Assembly: GCA_905181875.1 (NCBI GenBank)
Contig: CAJIZH010000003.1
Coordinates: forward strand, 1,098,419-1,162,418
DNA from: Flavobacteriales bacterium UBA6770
Lineage (GTDB): Bacteria; Bacteroidota; Bacteroidia; Flavobacteriales_G; Salibacteraceae
Direction of reading: 5' to 3'
DNA: 64,000 nucleotides
In this document: piece after piece, positions 57,828 through 64,000 of the stretch
Layout of the letters: each line of letters begins with the position of its first letter
Position numbering within the stretch: position 1 is the first letter of the stretch
Notes under the pieces: model-generated
Seen by the model: the letters and a program-made list of their open reading frames with translations, nothing else
Databases searched by the model: none
Told to the model about the DNA's origin: nothing
Program-made: the position numbers and the translations under genes

Positions 57828-60800
57828 ATGTCTATTACCAAAGAAGAATTCAACACCAGTTTTACCACTTGGCCGCAATTGGCTGAGGTTCAAAATCATT
57901 GCAAAGAAATTGAATATCCGCTTGTCCATTTAAAAGGATTTAGAGGAAGTGCATCTCAATTTTTTGTTGCTGCATTAGCAAAGCAAGTTCATGGCATTCA
58001 TGTAGTTGTGCTTAATGATAAAGAGAATGCAGCTTATGCACTGAATGATTTACAAGATCAATTGAGTAAAGATAAAGTGCTCTTTTTTCCTTCCCCGTTC
58101 AAGTATCCATACAAACAAGAATCGGTAGACAATACCAATGTGTTGATGCGTGCTGAAACACTGGATATGATTGTCAAAAAACCGTCATGGTTGGTGGTGG
58201 TGACTTATGGAGAAGCCCTAAGCGAAAAAGTAGTCACGAAGAAGGAGCTTAAAAAGAACATTCTTGAATTAAAAGTTGGAGATGAAATCACGATTGATTT
58301 TATCAATGAATTGCTTTATGAATACCACTTCGAGCGCGTTGATTTTGTAACCGGACCCGGCCAATTTTCAATTCGTGGAGGTATTGTAGATATTTTTTCC
58401 TTTGCGAATGATGATCCTTATCGAGTAGAGTTTTTTGGAGATGATATTGATTCGATACGAACCTTTGATCCTGCGAGCCAACTGTCGAAAAAGAACTACA
58501 ATAAAATCCATATTTTACCTAATATTCAGGATAACGATTTGATGGAGTCGAGGGAAGGATTTTTGGATTTTCTTCCAGCCAATTCTTACCTATGGCTCAA
58601 GGAACGAGAAGTTTCAAAAGAGCAGGTAAAGAAGTCATTTGACATTGCAACCGAAGCCTACAACAAACTCTCAAAGGATACTGTTCAGTCTAATCCTGAA
58701 GCGCTTTACATAAAGCCTGAATTTTTTGATTTAGGATTGGAGAAACATAGAGTATTGGAGTACGGTGGAACTTTTGAAACTTCAGCTACCAAAACAGTAG
58801 AATTCCATCAAAAACCACAGCCTACTTTCAACAAGAAATTTGATTTATTGGCAAAGGATTTACACGCCAATAAAAAGGACCGATTTACCAATTTTATTTT
58901 ATCGAGTCAACCCAAACAAATGGTACGTTTACATGCCATTTTTGAAGACATTGATGCTGAGGTAGAATTCTCTCCAATTCTTCAAACTGTCCATGAAGGA
59001 TTTATCGATACGGACTTAAAAATTGTTTGTTATACCGATCACCAGATCTTTGAACGCTACCATCGGTTTAGATTAAAAGAAGGGTTTAATAAAGCCAAAC
59101 AAGCCATTACCTTAAAAGAGTTGACTAGCCTTCAAAAAGGCGATTACGTTACGCATATTGATTACGGTGTTGGCCAATTTGACGGGCTACAAAAAATTGA
59201 GAATGATGGTAAGGAGCAAGAAGCTATTCGACTCCTTTATAAGGACGGTGATATCCTGTACGTAAGCATTCATTCTTTGCATCGAATTGCCCGGTTTTCT
59301 GGTAAAGATGGTACAGCTCCAACTATGAATAAGCTGGGGACTCAAACTTGGAAAATCCTCAAACAAAAGACTAAAAAGAAGGTCAAAGAAATTGCTTACG
59401 ATCTTATTAAATTGTACGCAAAACGTAAAGCTGCTCCAGGCTTCACCTATTCTCCTGATAATTATTTGCAGCACGAATTAGAGAGTTCATTCATTTACGA
59501 AGATACTCCTGACCAAGAAAGCGCAACGATTGATGTAAAGAAGGATATGGAAAAGCCGCATCCAATGGATCGATTGATTTGCGGAGATGTAGGTTTTGGG
59601 AAAACGGAAATTGCTATTCGAGCAGCGTTTAAAGCGGTTAATGACAGCAAGCAAGTTGCAGTATTGGCGCCAACTACTGTGTTGACTTACCAGCATTGGA
59701 AAACCTTTACAGAACGATTGGGAGACCTGCCCTGTAACGTTGATTACATCAATCGATTTAAAACCGCTAAAGAGCAAAAAGAGACTTTGAAAAATCTTGC
59801 TGAAGGCAAAATTGATATCATAATTGGAACTCACCGAATCGTTGGAAAAGATGTCAAGTTCAAAGATTTGGGTTTAATGATTATTGATGAAGAGCAGAAG
59901 TTTGGAGTAGGTGTTAAAGACAAACTCAAAACCATCAAAGAAAACGTCGACACATTAACATTGACTGCAACACCGATTCCAAGAACCCTGCAGTTTTCAT
60001 TGATGAAAGCTAGGGATTTGAGTGTTATTAATACGCCACCACCAAATCGTCAACCGGTAGAAACGATTTTGAAGCCATTCAATGAAGAAACCATTCGTGA
60101 TGCGATTTACTATGAAGTGAGTAGGGGCGGACAAGCTTTTGTGGTGCATAACCGAGTTGAAAACATTAAAGAGGTTGCAGGAATGATTCAGCGATTGGTT
60201 CCTGAGGTGCGTATTGGAATTGCACACGGCCAATTGGACGGTCATGAACTGGAAAAAACCATGTTTGGCTTTATGGAGCATGAGTTTGATGTTTTGATTG
60301 CAACGACTATTATTGAATCGGGATTGGATATTTCAAATGCAAATACGATAATCATAAACAACGCACATAACTTTGGATTGAGTGATTTGCACCAAATGCG
60401 GGGTAGAGTAGGTCGAAGTAATCGAAAAGCATTTTGTTATTTGCTTTCTCCACCAATGAGTTCGTTGACACCTGAAGCTCGAAAAAGAATGACGGCTATT
60501 GAGCAGTTTTCAGATTTAGGATCAGGATTCAATATTTCTATGCGCGATTTAGATATTCGCGGAGCTGGAAACCTATTAGGTGGAGAGCAAAGTGGATTTA
60601 TGTCCGATATTGGTTTCGAAACCTATCAGAAGATATTGGATGAAGCCATTCATGAATTGAAAGAAAACGAGTTTAAAAACCTGTTTAAGGAAGAGGAACT
60701 GGAGTTGCAAAACTTTGTAATGGACTGTCAGTTAGATACTGACTTGGAGATTTTGATTCCTAACAGTTATGTGCGAAATGTAAACGAGCGCTTGCAATTG

Positions 60801-61169
60801 TATCGCGAACTTTCGGATGCAAAAACTGAAAATCAATTGGAGAAATTTGAGAAGGACATGGTCGATAGATTCGGGCCAATTCCTGAAGAAACGCATCAAC
60901 TAATTAGCGGTGTTCGATTACAATGGTTGGCTGAAAAGCTCGGTATTGAAAAGGTTGTTTTGAAAAATAAAAAACTCTTGTGCTATTTGGTATCCAATCA
61001 AAAGTCACGATTTTACCAATCCAATCAATTTCATTTTATTGTTCAATATGTTCAAAAGAACCCTGCAAAAACTCAAATGAAAGAGCGTAAGGAACGCTTG
61101 TATATTGTTTTTGAAGGAGTTGAAACTTTAGAGGATGTGTTAGGGATTATTGAGCCTATGAAGGTTTAA
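57828..61169 (+). CDS. mfd: transcription-repair coupling factor
   Basis: UvrB-homology N-terminus, CarD/RNAP-interaction domain (GDYVTHIDYGVG), superfamily-2 helicase motifs (GDVGFGKTE, DEEQKFG, TATPIPRT, QLHQMRGRVGR) and a TRCF C-terminus. Confidence 0.95.
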   Translation: MSITKEEFNTSFTTWPQLAEVQNHCKEIEYPLVHLKGFRGSASQFFVAALAKQVHGIHVVVLNDKENAAYALNDLQDQLSKDKVLFFPSPFKYPYKQESVDNTNVLMRAETLDMIVKKPSWLVVVTYGEALSEKVVTKKELKKNILELKVGDEITIDFINELLYEYHFERVDFVTGPGQFSIRGGIVDIFSFANDDPYRVEFFGDDIDSIRTFDPASQLSKKNYNKIHILPNIQDNDLMESREGFLDFLPANSYLWLKEREVSKEQVKKSFDIATEAYNKLSKDTVQSNPEALYIKPEFFDLGLEKHRVLEYGGTFETSATKTVEFHQKPQPTFNKKFDLLAKDLHANKKDRFTNFILSSQPKQMVRLHAIFEDIDAEVEFSPILQTVHEGFIDTDLKIVCYTDHQIFERYHRFRLKEGFNKAKQAITLKELTSLQKGDYVTHIDYGVGQFDGLQKIENDGKEQEAIRLLYKDGDILYVSIHSLHRIARFSGKDGTAPTMNKLGTQTWKILKQKTKKKVKEIAYDLIKLYAKRKAAPGFTYSPDNYLQHELESSFIYEDTPDQESATIDVKKDMEKPHPMDRLICGDVGFGKTEIAIRAAFKAVNDSKQVAVLAPTTVLTYQHWKTFTERLGDLPCNVDYINRFKTAKEQKETLKNLAEGKIDIIIGTHRIVGKDVKFKDLGLMIIDEEQKFGVGVKDKLKTIKENVDTLTLTATPIPRTLQFSLMKARDLSVINTPPPNRQPVETILKPFNEETIRDAIYYEVSRGGQAFVVHNRVENIKEVAGMIQRLVPEVRIGIAHGQLDGHELEKTMFGFMEHEFDVLIATTIIESGLDISNANTIIINNAHNFGLSDLHQMRGRVGRSNRKAFCYLLSPPMSSLTPEARKRMTAIEQFSDLGSGFNISMRDLDIRGAGNLLGGEQSGFMSDIGFETYQKILDEAIHELKENEFKNLFKEEELELQNFVMDCQLDTDLEILIPNSYVRNVNERLQLYRELSDAKTENQLEKFEKDMVDRFGPIPEETHQLISGVRLQWLAEKLGIEKVVLKNKKLLCYLVSNQKSRFYQSNQFHFIVQYVQKNPAKTQMKERKERLYIVFEGVETLEDVLGIIEPMKV

Positions 61170-62020
61170 CCGGCCAACCAAACCAATCCAAATAACACAA
61201 GCATGGTTCCCTCTACTAGCAAAGAATAATAATACTCCGAGCTGTCTTTTTTGCATAAAGTAATTACCCAGCCTGCAAAGATTGCTGCAACTAAATGAGC
61301 CACACTCATGTAGGCACTCTGGCTAAACAATACCAAGACAATAAAAGAGAAACAGGCCAAGCACAACAAGGAAACTTGCTTTGCTTTGTCAATTCCAAGC
61401 ATCATAGGGATTGTGTTTAACGTACTGCCTTTGTCAAATTCTAAATCTCGAATATCGAAGGGGATGGTAATCGCAAAAATGAAGAAACAACGACTCAAGA
61501 AATAATAGAATAATGCGGGTTGAGTATACAATTCAAAAGACTCGTACAAGGGCAAATACACACTTACATAGCTTACGGTGATACTGATCAAAAACACCTT
61601 AGCAAACGGCACGTCTCTGAGTCTCCAAAATTTGCCTTTTCGTTTAATGATGGGCATGCTGTAACCCAAAGCAATTAAGGCGGGAACACATATAGGCGCT
61701 ATAAATACCGTGCCTAATAGCAATGCTAAAACCAGACCGCAACTGCCGGAAAGTACGATAAGAAAAAATAAAAAGGTCTTGTATTTCTTTGCCCAAACAT
61801 GCCGAGCAGATAAACTAGAATCATTGATTTGGGACAAGCCAACTATCCGATGCAAATTGTAGATAAACAAAGTGCTACAATAGATAAAAAACACCAATTT
61901 GTAATTTACAGGAAGGTCAAAAATGAGGTAAGAAACAATGCTGATAGCACTTACTGGAGCAGCAACATATAAGTTGCTGTATAGAAGGAAGTCGGTTACG
62001 TTTTTTAATAGGTTTTTCAC
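61166..62020 (-). CDS. polytopic membrane protein, UbiA-prenyltransferase-like with only the second Asp-rich motif recognisable
   Basis: About 8-9 TM helices and the motif FDIRDLEFD (DxxDxxxD). I chose the GTG at 62020, which overlaps the upstream stop (GTGA). The longer ORF to 62092 overlaps the upstream gene by 76 nt and has no internal ATG. Confidence 0.4.
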   Translation of the reverse strand: MKNLLKNVTDFLLYSNLYVAAPVSAISIVSYLIFDLPVNYKLVFFIYCSTLFIYNLHRIVGLSQINDSSLSARHVWAKKYKTFLFFLIVLSGSCGLVLALLLGTVFIAPICVPALIALGYSMPIIKRKGKFWRLRDVPFAKVFLISITVSYVSVYLPLYESFELYTQPALFYYFLSRCFFIFAITIPFDIRDLEFDKGSTLNTIPMMLGIDKAKQVSLLCLACFSFIVLVLFSQSAYMSVAHLVAAIFAGWVITLCKKDSSEYYYSLLVEGTMLVLFGLVWLAG

Positions 62021-62649
62021 GAATCGCTCGCTGCTATAGTTAATCCTATTACCCCACCAACTGCGGTCCCCACAACAGAGCCCAAAATACAATGCAATAT
62101 TTTTTTCATTCTAGCTGATTTTTCATAGCCTGATATGTAAGCAGCTTGATTCATTGGTTCGCCACCATTTGCTTTTAAGTTAGATGGCATGTTTCCTTTG
62201 GTCAAACTTCCAATAAGAGCCCCGGGGATTGGAGCAAGAATAACAATTGCTAATTCTTGATTTCCTGCGAGCGCAGCCAATATGCCACTTACAGCAAATG
62301 AAGTTATAAGCGGTATCGTGATTTTATGTTCAACTCTGCCGTCTTGCTGACCTTTTAAATAAAGACGCATTTCTTTTATAGAGTATCCTGTTTCACTGCT
62401 ATCGGGATTGTACCAAATAGTTTCTTCGCCATTTTGAGTAATCGAAAAAACGCTACTCTTATCAACTAGAACAATTTTGATTTTACCGTTTTTCTTAGTG
62501 ATTTCAACCACTATTTCTTCTGGTGACTGATCCAGTTGAGCGCCAATCAGCTCTTGTCCACCTAGCATTAAAAAGGTTTGGTTTATCTGGGCAAACCCTT
62601 CAATCGATAACAGTAAAAGAAGTAGAAACGAAGAAAATTTTTGAATCAT
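62017..62649 (-). CDS. hypothetical protein: signal peptide, small soluble domain, C-terminal Gly-rich (glycine-zipper-like) TM helices
   Basis: MIQKFSSFLLLLLLSIEGFAQ signal peptide. Gly/Ala-rich hydrophobic segments (SGILAALAGN, PIPGALIGS, GSVVGTAVGGVIGLTIAA). Confidence 0.5.
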   Translation of the reverse strand: MIQKFSSFLLLLLLSIEGFAQINQTFLMLGGQELIGAQLDQSPEEIVVEITKKNGKIKIVLVDKSSVFSITQNGEETIWYNPDSSETGYSIKEMRLYLKGQQDGRVEHKITIPLITSFAVSGILAALAGNQELAIVILAPIPGALIGSLTKGNMPSNLKANGGEPMNQAAYISGYEKSARMKKILHCILGSVVGTAVGGVIGLTIAASDS

Positions 62650-62739
62650 TTTACTTTCTTTTTTGAATTTTCAAAAGTAAGTAAACAAAATGCCGACTTT
62701 CTGGTCTTAAAGCTTTACAGTGTACTCTGAGATTAGACC

Positions 62740-62747
62740 TATATTTG
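62740..62747 (+). promoter_or_regulatory. candidate -7 box (TATATTTG) for gcvP
   Basis: Matches TAnnTTTG, 35 nt upstream of the ATG at 62783. Confidence 0.4.
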
Positions 62748-62782
62748 CTGTCTTTTTTTAGTAGATAAAAACCTTTACATAA

Positions 62783-64000
62783 ATGGAAAATTTTAAAGGA
62801 AGACATATTGGCCCACGAGGCAATAATGTTTTAGAAATGCTTGAAGTCATTGGTGCAGATTCAATTGACAGTTTAATAGATGAAACCATTCCCGTTCAAA
62901 TTCGGTTGAAATCCGACTTAGATATTCCTGAAGGAATAAGCGAGTTCGAGTACTTAAAACACATTGATAAAGTAGGAGCAAAAAACAAAGTTTTCAGATC
63001 TTATATTGGTCAAGGGTATTACGGAACAATAACTCCTTCAGTAATCAAACGGAATATGTTTGAAAATCCAGGTTGGTATACGGCATATACACCCTATCAA
63101 GCAGAGATTTCTCAAGGTAGATTAGAAGCGTTACTTAATTTCCAAACGGTATGTTCTGAACTTACAGGAATGGAATTGGCAAATGCTTCTCTATTAGATG
63201 AATCTACGGCAGCTGCAGAGGCAATGATTTTATTGTACCATGCAAGAAGTCGAGCTGATCAGAAAGCTGGAAAAGTTCAGTTTTTTGTAGATAAAAATTG
63301 CTTTACCCAAACCATTGAAGTATTAAAAACTAGAGCAAATCCATTAGGAATTGAGTTAGTGGTTGGCGATTGGAAATCTTTCAAATTTTCTGAATCGACT
63401 TTTGGTGCTCTTTTGCAATATCCAAATAAAGTTGGGTCGGTTGAAGATTATTCTGGCTTTGTAGAATCAGCCAACCTTATTGGTGCTAGGGTGGCAGTTG
63501 CTTCTGATTTGATGGCTCTTTTAAAATTAACGCCTCCAGGCGAGTGGGGTGCTGATGTTGTAATTGGAAACTCGCAACGCTTTGGAGTGCCATTGGGTTT
63601 CGGTGGTCCACATGCAGCATTTTTTGCTACAAAAGAAGACTTTAAACGGTTTATTCCAGGAAGAATTATTGGTGTTTCTCAGGACAGAAATGGAAATCGT
63701 GCCTTGAGAATGGCTCTCCAAACTAGAGAACAACACATCAAAAGAGATAGAGCAACTTCAAATATTTGCACTGCTCAAGCTTTATTGGCTAATATGGCTG
63801 GTGCATATGCTGTATATCACGGTCCAGAAGGGTTGAAAGAAATTGCTTCTAGAATTCATGAGCATACAAATAGGTTGGCATGTGCAATTACTAATTTGGG
63901 TTACGAACTGGTGAATGATACTTGGTTTGACACACTCACAATTCGGGCCGAGGAAGGCCATGTAAAACGAATTTTTGAAGATAAGGGAATCAACCTCTGG
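62783..64000 (+). CDS. gcvP: glycine dehydrogenase (decarboxylating), N-terminal 406 codons (gene runs off the right edge)
   Basis: Hand translation from the ATG at 62783 gives MENFKGRHIGPRGNNVLEMLEVIGADSIDSLIDETIP...YIGQGYYGTITPSVIKRNMFENPGWYTAYTPYQAEISQGRLEALLNFQT. The frame is open to the end of the window, so it is absent from the ORF track. Confidence 0.95.
   Translation, partial: MENFKGRHIGPRGNNVLEMLEVIGADSIDSLIDETIPVQIRLKSDLDIPEGISEFEYLKHIDKVGAKNKVFRSYIGQGYYGTITPSVIKRNMFENPGWYTAYTPYQAEISQGRLEALLNFQTVCSELTGMELANASLLDESTAAAEAMILLYHARSRADQKAGKVQFFVDKNCFTQTIEVLKTRANPLGIELVVGDWKSFKFSESTFGALLQYPNKVGSVEDYSGFVESANLIGARVAVASDLMALLKLTPPGEWGADVVIGNSQRFGVPLGFGGPHAAFFATKEDFKRFIPGRIIGVSQDRNGNRALRMALQTREQHIKRDRATSNICTAQALLANMAGAYAVYHGPEGLKEIASRIHEHTNRLACAITNLGYELVNDTWFDTLTIRAEEGHVKRIFEDKGINLW

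Noticed and set aside
62650-62782. Possible glycine riboswitch upstream of gcvP
   Set aside because: I could not find the conserved GGAGAG...CACCG / CTCTGGAGAG-type cores. The spacer is AT-rich and has only a promoter-like box.
1-64000. CRISPR arrays, rRNA genes, transposases/IS elements, prophage, toxin-antitoxin or known defence systems
   Set aside because: I saw no regularly spaced direct repeats, no rRNA-like conserved stretches, and no ORF with transposase, integrase, nuclease-NTPase or defence hallmarks in the six-frame track.

Overview
Low-GC chromosomal segment whose gene content, synteny and promoter grammar point to a Bacteroidota genome, probably Flavobacteriia-like. Supporting traits are recurrent TAnnTTTG -7 boxes, no obvious Shine-Dalgarno sequences, and many TonB-dependent receptor, TPR, OmpA and LytTR genes. 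About 60 tightly packed genes are present and most are housekeeping. Left third: hemW (partial), an orphan histidine kinase, truB, uppP, ftsX, leuS, a TonB-dependent receptor, a PpiD-like chaperone, a CNNM/CorC protein, an LptC-like protein, coaX and tRNA-Phe(GAA). Middle: an OmpA/TolB-like protein, a NifU-like protein, a Cys-rich small protein plus a second TonB-dependent receptor, hsp20, a nucleotidyltransferase-TPR-DUF4292-M23 cluster, long-form purF, dut, a Wzx-like flippase and moeA. Right third: the rplM-rpsI-rpsB-tsf-pyrH-frr block, aspS, tadA, a LytS/LytTR two-component module, rfbA, a polyprenyl synthase, fbp, an AS3MT-like arsM, mfd and gcvP (partial). I saw no rRNA, CRISPR array, transposase, integrase or recognisable defence or toxin-antitoxin system. 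Four genes look disrupted: single-base frameshifts in purF and aspS, an in-frame TAG splitting a degenerate LytTR response regulator, and a multiply frameshifted beta-barrel gene remnant inside the only large non-coding gap (26.6-27.5 kb). Two intergenic palindrome clusters flank the GNAT-fbp-arsM region. I found no convincing multi-gene novel system. The best candidates are the four-gene sensor module with the split pseudo-receiver, the Cys-rich protein plus TonB-receptor pair, and the orphan 588-aa protein next to the decayed barrel gene. All product calls come from reading motifs in the supplied translations, not from database searches.
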